From contig NW_021834128.1 in the NCBI RefSeq assembly GCF_006345805.1, positions 1 to 27,894 on the forward strand: a DNA stretch of 27,894 bases, read 5' to 3'. The translations under genes were made by a program, and so were the position numbers. Source of the stretch: Octopus sinensis. Its lineage: Eukaryota. This document shows, one piece after another, positions 9,582-21,377 of the stretch. The notes under the pieces were generated by a model, which was not told where the DNA came from, did no database searches, and saw only the letters and a list, made by a program, of their open reading frames with translations. Each line of letters starts with the position of its first letter. The stretch's first letter is position 1.

Positions 9582-9812
9582 GTGTGTTGTGTGTATGTGT
9601 TTGTGTGTGTGTTTGTCCCCCTAGCATTGCTTGACAACCGATGCTGGTGTTTATGTCCCCGTCACTTAGCGGTTCGGCAAAAGAGTGCGATAGAATAAGT
9701 ACTGGGCTTACAAAGAATAAGTTTAGGGTCGATTTGCTCGACTAAAGGTGGTGCTCCAGCATGGCCACAGTCAAATGACTGAAACAAGTAAAAGAGTAAA
9801 AGAGAAAAGAGA
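9363..9812 (+). mobile_element. SINE family B, full length, with expanded internal (TA)n/(TG)n
   Basis: Complete head (TGGCTGTGTGG A box, GGTTCAAACCC B box), CORE-like accttgggcaagt, microsatellite at about 9525-9612, tail ending gaaacaagtaaaagagtaaaagag. Confidence 0.92.
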
Positions 9813-10005
9813 ATGTACGTTCGTTTCTATGTCTTTGTTTTTATGTTTTCGCTCTCATTGTGTTCAACGTGTTTTTGATGTCCTGTACCCATATGTGCAT
9901 TTATATATATATACATATATATGTAGGTATGTACATATGTGTATGTATATACTATCATATTATTATATTTTTATATATATGATAACGAAGTGTCAGCGCC
10001 AAGCA

Positions 10006-10151
10006 GTGTTTCTCACTCATTATAACTGCTAAAAGGCAAATACGCTGCAATTACCGTGGAGAATATATTTTCTCTTGTGGTGAGAGAGAAATATTCTCCA
10101 CGAGAACTGAAGTGTATTTGCCTTTTAGCAGTTGAAATGTGTGACAAGCAT
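10006..10151. repeat. long imperfect inverted repeat (foldback)
   Basis: 10024-10043 is the perfect reverse complement of 10114-10133; 10055-10066 of 10091-10102; weaker pairing continues inward and outward. Confidence 0.9.
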
Positions 10152-10172
10152 ATTTCAGCTTATCTAATCCTG

Positions 10173-10248
<76 letters not shown>

Positions 10249-10389
10249 CAGAATACAGTGTACATTCAAACACAAATGAGATACCCAAAGAATAGGATAT
10301 CTGACTCACTAGAAAGAGCAGTTAAACTCCAAACCACTAATTGTTGTAATTCCGAAATAAATAAATAAATATATATATACACACATATA

Positions 10390-10425
<36 letters not shown>

Positions 10426-10465
10426 TGTATGTGTATGTATAGATGTGTATGTGTGTATATGTATG

Positions 10466-10502
<37 letters not shown>

Positions 10503-10547
10503 GTATATATATTGTATACATATATATACATATGTGTGAAAGTGTGT

Positions 10548-10728
10548 GTGTCTGTTTGTTTGTGCATGTGTCGTGTCCTAACGGTTTTGTAAAAGTAACC
10601 GATAGAAGAAGTACCAGAGTTTTTTTTTTTTTAAACATAAGATTTCTAGTTGATTCATTCGGCTGAAATATTCTTCGAGGTAATGCCCAAGCATGGCCGC
10701 AGTCTAATGACTGAAACAAGTACAAAGA
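10548..10728 (+). mobile_element. SINE family B 3' half, diverged
   Basis: accgatagaagaagtaccag and agcatggccgcagtctaatgactgaaacaagta. Confidence 0.7.
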
Positions 10729-11092
10729 TAATGCCATACTAGCCATCCATTAATTCGGAGTTGAATAAATTGAAGTACCAGTGATTTACTGAGGTCGATT
10801 TTAATAGACATTCTCTCTCTCAGAAATATCTGGTCTCACAGAAGACAAAAAAAACATCGTCTTCCCTTCCCCCTCATCCACCACACCTCCACCTCCTCCT
10901 CCATCATCATCATCATCATCATCAAAATGGCAGGACAGCGTGAAAATCTGATATTTTCAACAAACGTTCGCCATTTTGTTTTTGTTTTGTTGCGTCAAAT
11001 GATGCGCAAATAATGGCGCACAATATAAACAAAATGGAATGTTTATGTGTATGCATACATATACATAGATACATACATATATATACATACAT

Positions 11093-11164
<72 letters not shown>

Positions 11165-11199
11165 GCATACATATATAGAAAGATAAACAGGAAGATAAT

Positions 11200-11450
11200 A
11201 AATAAATGCGCCCTTTTAAAGCTTAGCCAGGCTCATGAGCCCGGTTTCCCGGTTTCTATGGCGTATGTGTTCCCCAGATGGACGGGACCCGAGTCCATCG
11301 CAGCGTTACTCATTTTTGCCAGCCGAGTGGACTGGAGCAACGTGAAATGAAGCGTTTTGCTCAAGAACACAACGCGTCGCCCGGTCCAGGAATCGAAACC
11401 ACAATCTTACGATCATGGTACTGACACCTAAACCACTAAGCCACGCGCTT

Positions 11451-11452
<2 letters not shown>
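11200..11452 (-). mobile_element. SINE family D, full length
   Basis: Reverse complement: ggaagcgcgtggcttagtggtttagg, ggtttcgattcctggaccggg, gtgttcttgagcaaaacgcttcatttcacgttgctccagtccactc, ctgcgatggac..cccgtcca, gaaaccgggaaaccggg. Confidence 0.88.
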
Positions 11453-11490
<38 letters not shown>

Positions 11491-11660
11491 CTATATATAT
11501 ATAAATATACACATATGTGTATATCTGTGTGTACACATATATGTATGTAGGTGTGTCTGCACTTCCATGACCATATATGTTTAATGACCACGTAATATAC
11601 ATACATATGCATATATGTATATGGATATGTGCATACAAACAGAGACATCTGTGAGTGCAA

Positions 11661-11661
11661 G

Positions 11662-11692
<31 letters not shown>

Positions 11693-11833
11693 TGTGGTGT
11701 GTGCGTATGCGTGCGTTTATGAGTAAAATTGTGATCAGATGGACAAATAGTTACGGAACAACTCACTACTTCGGTGATATCAACCATGAAAAATATCATT
11801 TCGCATGTTGGATATAATTGAATAACACACACG

Positions 11834-11895
<62 letters not shown>

Positions 11896-12272
11896 CATCA
11901 TAAATCTACACACACACTCACACATACATGTATATATATAAATATATACGTGTATGAATGTATATATTTATGCATATATATTTTTTTATTGCTTATGTCA
12001 TTTCGAAATTTATCTGATGTTGGATGATTTTATTATCAAATTATCACTCAATTGTACGCATTGCCTATTTCCTAACAAAGCAAGTATATACACACACACA
12101 TACACAAACACAAACACATACACACATATACATACATATGTATATACTCATAGCTATATGCACATATATAAGCGAATATACGTGTATATATATATATGTA
12201 TTTTTATAAATGTATACGTATACAAATATATATATATATGCATTTATATATACATACTTACATATGTATATA

Positions 12273-12317
<45 letters not shown>

Positions 12318-12321
12318 TGTG

Positions 12322-12354
<33 letters not shown>

Positions 12355-12953
12355 TGTGTGCGTATGCGTGCGTTTATGAGTAAAATTGTGATCAGATGGA
12401 CAAATAGTTACGGAACAACTCACTACTTCGGTGATATAACCATGAAAAATATCATTCGCATGTTGGATATAATTGAATAACACCACACGCACGCACACAC
12501 ACCCACACACACACAACACACACACACACATTATATATATATATATATACATCATAAATCTACACACCCACCACTCACACAACATGTATATATATAAATA
12601 TATACGTGTATGAATGTATATATTTATGCATATATTATTTTTTTATTGCTATGTCATTTCGAAATTTATCTGATGTTGGATGATTTTATTATCAAATTAT
12701 CACTCAATGGTACGCATTGCCTATTTCCTAACAAAGCAAGTATATACACACACACATACACAAACACAAACACATACACCCATATACATACAATGTATAT
12801 ACTCATAGCTATATGCACATATATAAGCGAATATACGTGTACTATATTAATGTATTTTTATAAAGTATACGTATACAAATATATTATATATGCATTTATA
12901 TATAAATACTTAAATATTGTATAATGTATGTGTGTTGTGTGTGTGTGTGTGTG

Positions 12954-12979
<26 letters not shown>
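11661..12979. repeat. tandem duplication, two copies of about 657 bp, joined in (TG)n
   Basis: gagtaaaattgtgatcagatgg at 11721 and 12378; unique blocks repeat in order; the copies differ mainly by 1 bp indels. Confidence 0.9.
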
Positions 12980-12984
<5 letters not shown>

Positions 12985-13306
12985 AGTAATTAACTGTGTT
13001 TGCTCTCGTGTTATTAATATGTTCGCTTATCAAGAGAACGATATAAATGGTTTGGAAGTGTAAATATATTCGTTGCTATCACTTATTATTACTGCCGTTG
13101 TTGTTGTTGTTGTTTTTGTTGTTGTTGTTGCCGTCATTGATGGTGGTGGTGTGGTAGTGGTGGTGGTGGTGGTAGTGTTAGTGGTGGCGTTTTTACGCGG
13201 AAGTAATAAGAAAAAGAACAGAAAGGATTAAATCAGCGGGAAAAAAAATTCACGGAAGCAGAAAAGCGAAAAGAGGTCTTTGTTAGCTGAGAGTCGCTGG
13301 AATTAA

Positions 13307-13501
13307 CTCATCGTCATCATAATCACCATCACAATCATCAACATCATCATCATCATCGTCGTCGTCGTCATCGTCGTCGCCGTCGTCGTCGCCGTCGTCA
13401 TCATCTTCGCCATCGTCCTCATTACCACCACCATCACCATCACTACCATCTCGATTTTCAACATTATAATCACCATCATCATCATCATCATCATCACCAC
13501 C

Positions 13502-13557
<56 letters not shown>

Positions 13558-13582
13558 CATCGTCATCATCATCATCACCACC

Positions 13583-13614
<32 letters not shown>

Positions 13615-13620
13615 AACCAT
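13307..13620. repeat. compound (CAT)/(CAC)/(CGT) microsatellite
   Basis: Directly visible. Confidence 0.95.
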
Positions 13621-13720
13621 TTTTATGAATACTATTACCCTTCTTTTACCATTGTTTTTTTGTTTTTGTTGCTGTTATTATTGTTGTTGTTGTTGTTGCT
13701 GCTGCTGTTGTTGTTGTTAT

Positions 13721-13816
13721 TGGCAGAATCGTTAGTACGCCGAGCAAATTGCTCAGCAGCATTTCGCCCGCCGCTATATTCTGAGTTCAAATTGCGCCGA
13801 GGTCGACTTTTATCCT
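13721..13816 (+). mobile_element. SINE family A head fragment
   Basis: tggcagaatcgttagtacgccgagcaaa..ttctgagttcaaattgcgccgaggtcgacttt. Confidence 0.85.
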
Positions 13817-14054
13817 TATGACACACACACACACACAAACACACAAACATGCATATATTCACACACGCACACACACTCACACATACACATACACACACAC
13901 AATAAATTTTGTCATAAATCGTCATGCTTCAAAACGACGACTCATACTTGGGTCAATAATTCGACTGAGCCCTTTCATTTAAAGTGTACCTAGATCAGAA
14001 GATATAAGCAATTGTTCAATAATTTTGATATTTTCCCTTTTTAAATTTTTTTTT

Positions 14055-14228
14055 TGTTTACTTGTCTCAGTCACTGGAGCTTGGGGCCACGATGTGGCAC
14101 CTCCTGGAAGTATTTAGTCGAACAAATCGACCTAGCACTTTTGTTTTATAAATTTTGGTACTTATGCTATCGGTCTGTTTTGCCGAAACCGCTACGTTAA
14201 GAGTATGTAAACAAACCGTCACCGGTTG
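14055..14228 (-). mobile_element. SINE family B 3' half, diverged
   Basis: tttacttgtctcagtca, tagtcgaacaaatcgacc, ctatcggtctgttttgccgaaaccgcta. Confidence 0.75.
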
Positions 14229-14279
14229 TCACGCGTGGTGGGACATACACAAACACATACACACACACTCACACACACA

Positions 14280-14333
<54 letters not shown>

Positions 14334-14589
14334 GATATATATATCACACCACACTACACTACACCATACAACATTACACATCACATCACAACACATCACA
14401 CACAGCACACCGCTCACACATCCATCCCCACATCTTTACACCTACACATACATACACATATCACAACACAACACACCACTCACACACCCATCCCCATATC
14501 TCCACACCCACACTTACATACATACACACGTCCAGACCACCAGCCCTCTTTCACACGCACATACATACTCTCTTATACACACACGCACC

Positions 14590-14900
14590 TTTGTGTTGGG
14601 GGCACCTTCGTTTTGGAAGTCACTTGACCCTGTTATCTCCCCTACTGTCTCTCTAGCGTCTGACCTCTAACCTCTGCCCGAAGTCAGAACGCCATGATAG
14701 ATCGTTAGCTCCAACACGCATTTTTTTCTCTTCTTGTTTCTCTCCGTGTTTCTTTTCTGTGTATCTTTCTGTCGAAGAGCGTAGGCTCGAAACGTAAAAG
14801 ACTTGTTCTATTTCTATTCCTGAGCGCCATACTAATACATTTGTTTATTTGTACTCCACCTGCCTTCGTCTTTTGTTTCTTTTCGTAAACCTTCCCGTTA
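14590..14900 (+). mobile_element. Penelope-like terminal (pseudo-LTR) fragment
   Basis: Contains the hammerhead fold below, pyrimidine-rich flanks, and ends at (TA)n. Boundaries approximate; class inferred from the ribozyme motif. Confidence 0.5.
14764..14801 (+). ncRNA. minimal type I hammerhead ribozyme-like motif with variant core
   Basis: TCTTT-CTGTCGA-A-GAGC-GTAG-GCTC-GAAAC-GTA-AAAGA: stem I TCTTT/AAAGA, stem II GAGC/GCTC, palindromic ACGT in place of stem III, GUA cleavage triplet. Core has U at the conserved A6 position. Confidence 0.65.
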
Positions 14901-14904
14901 TATA

Positions 14905-14986
<82 letters not shown>

Positions 14987-15002
14987 TATATATATATACA
15001 AA

Positions 15003-15152
15003 AGACTTTCACACAAATTCTATCAAATTCACCCAAAAGACATTGACGGTCCGGAGCTATAGCAAGAGACACGTGCCCAATACACCACGCGGTAGAACTG
15101 AACCCTGGACCATGTAGTTAGGAAACCATTTTCTTACCACTCCGCCACCGCC
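15003..15152 (-). mobile_element. SINE family B 5' half, diverged
   Basis: gctatagcaagagacacgtgcccaa, actgaaccctggaccatgtagtt, cttaccac. Confidence 0.75.
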
Positions 15153-15532
15153 TTGTGGTTTCAAACTAGATTCTTAATCGCATAACCATGCTTACATCTA
15201 CAGTTATAAAATTACGATTTATTTTATTGAAATCTTGTCATCAAATTAAATTATTTTCCTAAAGTGCTTTAGAATTTCATTTGGTGCTTTCTGTGTAAAT
15301 GGAAACATTTAAATGTTTGTATGAGTAAATCATAATTCTTCACCATTTTAGCGAAAGTTCAAATGGAGATTTGACTTTTATTTTAGTAGAAATACTTTCA
15401 CTTAAATCTAAGAACCTTGTAAAGTTCTGTTAATATTTTACTCGCTACGCACCATTACCGATAGCTTGAGGTGAATGCATAGATTAAGGAGCCATTAAGT
15501 TGCAAAGGTCATTGATGAAAGAATGTTCTGTC

Positions 15533-15626
15533 GGTTTGACTGTCTGGTTAAGAAGATTGCTTTGTAGCCAAGCGGTTGGTTTCGGGTTCAGTCACACTCT
15601 GCGGTACAGTGGGCAGGCATCTTCTG
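15533..15626 (+). mobile_element. SINE family B head fragment, diverged
   Basis: tgactgtctggttaagaagattgct, cgggttcagtcacactctgcggtac, gggcaggcatcttctg. Confidence 0.65.
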
Positions 15627-15639
15627 ATATTGTTTGTTC

Positions 15640-15878
15640 CTTCTCGAGCCATGCCTGGCTCATAAGGGCCGGTTTCCCGGTTTCCTTGGCGTATAGGTTC
15701 CCCACCTGGACGGGACGCCGGTCCGTCGCAGGTTAGCTGCAAGATGCAGGAGGAAAGAGTGAGAGAAAGTTAAGGCGAAAGAGTCAGCAGAAGTTTCGCC
15801 ATTACCTTCTGCTGGAGCCGCGTGGAGCTTAGGAGTTTCGCTCATAAACACACACATCGCCCGGTCTGAGATTCGAAA
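15640..15878 (-). mobile_element. mosaic SINE: family-C body with family-D tail, 5'-truncated at the B box
   Basis: Reverse complement ttcgaatctcagaccggg..gtttatgagcgaaa..aagctccacg..actttctctcactctt matches 20469-20593; ctgcgacggac..cccgtcca..gaaaccgggaaaccgg matches the 11200 copy. Confidence 0.8.
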
Positions 15879-16157
15879 TAGCGGCCCCACATACTCATTA
15901 TATGCGTTTTGCTTGTTTGCCGGTTCGCTGCGGAAGCGAGTTGTATTTCAGTTGTTTGAATGGGCGAACAAAAAAGACACATTGAGTATGTGCAGAGGAT
16001 AACGTATGCTAGACCAGTGCTGTTCTTAATTCGTTATTGGATTTGTCGTGGGGGCAGTTCGTGTGTGCGTGTGTGTGTGGGTGTATGTGTATGTGTGTAT
16101 GTAGGTGGTACGTCTGTGTGTATGTTTGTGTGTGTGTCTGTGTGCGTGCGTGCGTGC

Positions 16158-16199
<42 letters not shown>

Positions 16200-17239
16200 A
16201 CTTCGTTAGATATTCTTGCGATGCGGAATATACTAATAGTCATCGATAAACATCGTTGTCTTGGTTCCTAAGGGTTACTGATTTCTGGCTTGGATTAAGC
16301 ACCTGTAAATCTGCTATGTTACGAGATTACACCTAAATCTTAATCGTTTAACAGACAGTAATCACATATAATTTCATAATTATAATTTCGTTTACCAGCA
16401 AATCATTAAAACTTATACCTTTCTGGAGCGTTCGGTTCCGGGACGGACAAAAGAACGGCGGTCGGAGACAAGAGACAGGAGACAAGAAAACGAAGAGCTT
16501 AAGAAATTTCGAGTCAAAAGCCAGCATCTAAATGTTACATTATTTTATGGCGAATGAAACAGAAATAAAGATAGGAGGAAACAAAGAGAGAAAAGTTGTA
16601 CATAGAACCAAATAAAAAGACAATTATATCGTTAAACGCCTTGCTACATTATCGATCATCTCTCGATCAAGGTATGCGGCGATTGACAGAGAAGTGATTC
16701 ATACTTAAGCGTAGAAAAATTAAAGGGTAGCTTAGCTCTTATTTGTAAAAGGTCAGGACAGTAAATAATGATGTTTTGCTTTGCAGACATGATGGTAATT
16801 CTTGTATATGGGGCTTTGGGTGGGAGGGGAAAATGGTAGGTGTTGAATAATTCCAGAGGAAATAAGAGAGAATATAAATAAAAAAGCAAGAATGGTAAAA
16901 TAAAAACAAGCAATATTTGGCATCGTCGCCTTGACGGCTTTTATGACGTCAATTGTACGCTGAGACAGGTAGACATATATACGCACGCGTGTGTGTGTTG
17001 TGTGTGTGTGTGTTTGTGTGTGCGCACGTATGTGTGAGAGGTGTGTGTGTGTTTGTGTGTGCGCACGTATGTGTGAGAGGTGTGTGTATGAATGTACATA
17101 TGTGTGTGTGGGTGGGTGGGTGTTAAATTGGGTGTGTATATATATGTATGTGTTTGTGTGTGCGTGTGTGTGAAAGTGGGTGTATATATATATGTATATG
17201 TTTGTGTGTAATGGGTGTGTGCGTGTGTGTGTATATATT

Positions 17240-17648
17240 CTTTTTTCTTTTTCTTTTTCTTTTTTTTTTCTTTTTCCTTGTTTCAGTCATTTTCACTGCG
17301 GCCGTGCTGGAGCACCGCCTTTTAGTCGAGCAACTCGACCCCGGGACTTATTTTTTTTTTGTAAGCCCAGTACTCATTCTGTCGGTCTCTTTTGCCGAAC
17401 CGCTAAGTGATGGGGACATAAACACACCAGCATCGGTTGTCAAACAATGCTAGGGGGACAAACACAGACACACACATATATATATACATATATACGACAG
17501 GCTTCTTTCAGTTTCCGTCTACCAAATCCACTCACAAGGCATTGGTGGGCCCGAGGCTATAGCAGAAGACACTTGCCCAAGATGCCACACAGTGGGACTG
17601 AACCCGGAACCATGTAGTTCGTAAGCAAACTACTTACCACACAGCCAC
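17240..17648 (-). mobile_element. SINE family B, nearly full length, flanked by 37 bp direct repeat
   Basis: High similarity to 9363-9812; identical 37-mers at 17199-17235 and 17650-17686. Confidence 0.92.
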
Positions 17649-17954
17649 GTGTTTGTGTGTAATGGGTGTGTGCGTGTGTGTGTATACATATGTATGTGTT
17701 TGTGTGTGCGTGAGTGTGTAAGTGTGTGTGTGTGTTTGTGTGTGCGCGCGTATGTGTGAGTGCTGTGTGTATGAATGTACATATATGTGCATGTGTGTGT
17801 GAGTGTGTGTGAAAGTGGGTGTGTATATATATGTATGTGTTTGTTTGTGCGTGAGTGTGTAAGTGGATGAGTGCGTGAGTGTGTGAAAGTGGGTGTGTAT
17901 ATATATTTATGTGTTTGTGTGTGCGTGAGTGTGTAAGTGGGTGTGTGCGTGTGT

Positions 17955-18004
17955 CTATATATATAGATATATATATATAGATTGATAGACAGATAGATAG
18001 ATAT

Positions 18005-18037
<33 letters not shown>

Positions 18038-18038
18038 C

Positions 18039-18083
<45 letters not shown>

Positions 18084-18099
18084 GATAGATAGATAGATA
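17955..18099. repeat. (GATA)n microsatellite
   Basis: Directly visible; embedded in long (TG)/(TA) low-complexity DNA spanning about 16990-19800. Confidence 0.95.
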
Positions 18100-18653
18100 G
18101 GTGTGTATATGTGTTTGTGTGTGTATGGCTGCGTGTGCACGTATGTTTCTGTGCATATGTATACGTGTGCGTAAGTATATATGTATATATATGTATATAT
18201 ATAATATTATATATATATATATATATAATACATGTGTGGGTGGGTGGGTGTGCTTATATGTTTCTGCATTTATATGTGTGAGTATATGTGTATGTGTGTA
18301 TTATGCATATATGTATGTCTATATGTATATCTGGAAATGCATATATTCATGTGTATATGTATATACATGTGTCTGTATATATATATATGTGTGTATACAT
18401 TTATATATATATATACATACATACACATATATATACATATATATATAGTATTTATATTTATATATATGGCTATATGGATATATATGTATATATACTTATA
18501 TATATATATATGTATATGTATATATACATATATATATATGTATATGTATACACATACATATGTATATATGTGTATACATATATATATATACACATATATA
18601 CACACACACACACACATATATATATATATGTATGCATGTATATGTATAGATAC

Positions 18654-18703
<50 letters not shown>

Positions 18704-18711
18704 TGTGTATG

Positions 18712-19222
18712 GTCATGTAAGTGTATGTTAAGAGTTTCAACTCAGTCTTTCATGCAAGAATCAATTTCTCAGTTACTTTTATAAAATACGTTCGATATTT
18801 CTTGTTTTTTTCTCTTTGTCTCCACATCGGTTAGAAATTGCTAGGGTAACCTTATGCATTTATCGATTTAGGACACACTAAGAAGAGCATATACATACGC
18901 ATGTATATATGCGTATACATCAGCACATTATATATATATATATGTATGCATGTATATGTATAGAACATATATATATATATTGGTGTGTGTGTGTGTGTGT
19001 GTGTGTGTATCCAGTCATGTAAGTGTATGTAAGAGTTTCAACTCAGTCTTTCATGCAAGAATCAATTTCTCAGTTACTTTTATAAAATACGTTCGATATT
19101 TCTTGTTTTTTTCTCTTTGTCTCCACATCGGTTAGAAATTGCTAGGGTTAACCTTATGCATTTATCGATTTAGGAAACACTAAGAAGAGCATATACATAC
19201 GCATGTATATATGCGTATACAT
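18712..19222. repeat. tandem duplication, period about 302 bp
   Basis: gtcatgtaagtgtatg..gcgtatacat at 18712-18920 and 19014-19222, near identical, each preceded by (TG)n. Confidence 0.92.
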
Positions 19223-19256
19223 GATACATTTATATATATATATATATATATATATG

Positions 19257-19296
<40 letters not shown>

Positions 19297-19384
19297 GTAT
19301 GTATGATATATATACAAGGAGAGATAGATATACTTTTACAGATACAAGTATATATACATACATATAAATGTGGATATATATATT

Positions 19385-19426
<42 letters not shown>

Positions 19427-19610
19427 AAGTGAGATATATATATAAGCTTAAATAAATTTATATTATATATATGTATATATATATATATATATACATATAA
19501 GCATATATATAAATATAAATACATATATACACATACATGTCTATACGAATAAATATAGGGATACACACACACACAACACACACACACAAAAATATATATA
19601 TATATATATA

Positions 19611-19654
<44 letters not shown>

Positions 19655-20011
19655 TATATACACAAATATATATATTTGGGTGAGTAGAAAGAGAGATAGA
19701 TATTCACTTACATAGATATAAGTGTATATACATACATATATACATGCATATATACATATATATGCATTTATATATACACACATATACATGCATATATATA
19801 TAAAGTGTTAAATTTCCTCTTATAGTGACACATCATACCTTTTAACAGACAGCATTTCAATGAAACGAAGAGTAACCGGATTTGGAGAATTCCACGTAAG
19901 GGTAGTAGAATAAATAAAATATGAAGAATCATTCGTCTCTTGGGCGTAGAATCCTTACGTAGACATATTCTAGAAATGTTAGCTTAGCAAAACAAAAAAT
20001 ATGGCAGGGAA

Positions 20012-20056
<45 letters not shown>

Positions 20057-20282
20057 AACAGAGAGAAGATGAGACTAAGTGAATGTTGGAACAATTTTTA
20101 GCACAAATACTCTGCTTGTTTGCTTCTGTCCTCATTGTGGAGCAGAATAATGCTTCTCTGGTAAATATGTATGCAAGAATCTGCATATGGCAGAAGTATG
20201 TTCAAAATACTGCTACATAAAACGAAGAGCGTCTGTGACTGCATCCGTAAGCGAATCCGAGCCGTTCAGTCGTTCATTCTGT

Positions 20283-20410
20283 ATTCGAGTATGTATACTC
20301 TTTTACTTGTTTCAGTCATTTGACTGCGGCCATGCTGGAGCACCGCCTTTAGTCGAGCAAGTCGACCCCAGGACTTATTCTTTGTAAGCCTAGTGCTTAT
20401 TCTAACGGTC
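20283..20410 (-). mobile_element. SINE family B 3' end (copy 1 of a 128 bp direct repeat)
   Basis: Matches the family B tail; repeated at 20799-20926. Confidence 0.9.
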
Positions 20411-20798
20411 GTGGAAGCGCAATGGCCCAGTGGTTAGGGCAGAGGACTCGCGGTCATAGGATCGCGGTTTCGATTCCCAGACCGGACTTTGTGAGTGTTT
20501 ATTGAGCGAAAACACCTAAAAGCTCCACGACGCTCCGGCAGGGATGGTGGTGATCCCTGCTGTACTCTTTCACCACAACTTTCTCTCACTCTTACTTCCT
20601 GTTTCTATTGTACCTGTATTTCAAAGGGCCGGCCTTGTCACTCTCTGTGTCACGCTGAATATCCCCGAGAACTACGTTAAGGGTACACGTGTCTGTGGAG
20701 TGCTCAGCCACTTACACGTTAATTTCACGAGCGGGCTGTTCCGTTGATCGGATCAACCGGAACCCTCGTCGTCGTAACCGACGGAGTGCTTCCAAAAA
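20411..20798 (+). mobile_element. tRNA-derived SINE family C, full length
   Basis: TGGCCCAGTGG A box, GGTTTCGATTCCC B box, body shared with the 15640 copy, tail shared with the 6715 copy, short A tail. Confidence 0.88.
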
Positions 20799-20926
20799 AT
20801 TCGCGTATGTATACTCATTTACTTGTTTCAGTCATTTGACTGCGGCCATGCTGGAGCATCACCTTCAGTCGAGCAAATCGACCCCAGGACTTATTCTTTG
20901 TAAGACTAGTGCTTACTCTAACGGTC
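20799..20926 (-). mobile_element. SINE family B 3' end (copy 2 of the 128 bp direct repeat)
   Basis: Ungapped match to 20283-20410 with 8 mismatches by my count. Confidence 0.9.
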
Positions 20927-21342
20927 TCTAACCAATCATGATAATTCGATTCTAAAACTTCAAAACCGTTCGTCTGCTATTTTTCGTCCGTTTTCTTTGG
21001 TTCCGCTCTTTGAAAATCGGTTACAAGAAACGCTGTCTAAGATTTCTGCAGTTCCTGCTAACAATATCTGTATATATATGTGTGCGTGTGTGTGTTGTGT
21101 GCAGCGTGCTTGCATGTATATGTGTGCATGTGTGTATCTGTACCTATGTTTGCAAGTATGTATGTGCATATGTGTATATATCTATATGTATACGTAAAAT
21201 ATGTATGTACACACGCGCGTTCGTGCACGCACACACATTCACCCCCCCCACACACACACACACATTCACCCCCCCCACACACACACACATGTGGAAATAT
21301 GTGGAACTGCTGTCTACTTGCAAATGCAATTGATAGATACAC

Positions 21343-21377
<35 letters not shown>

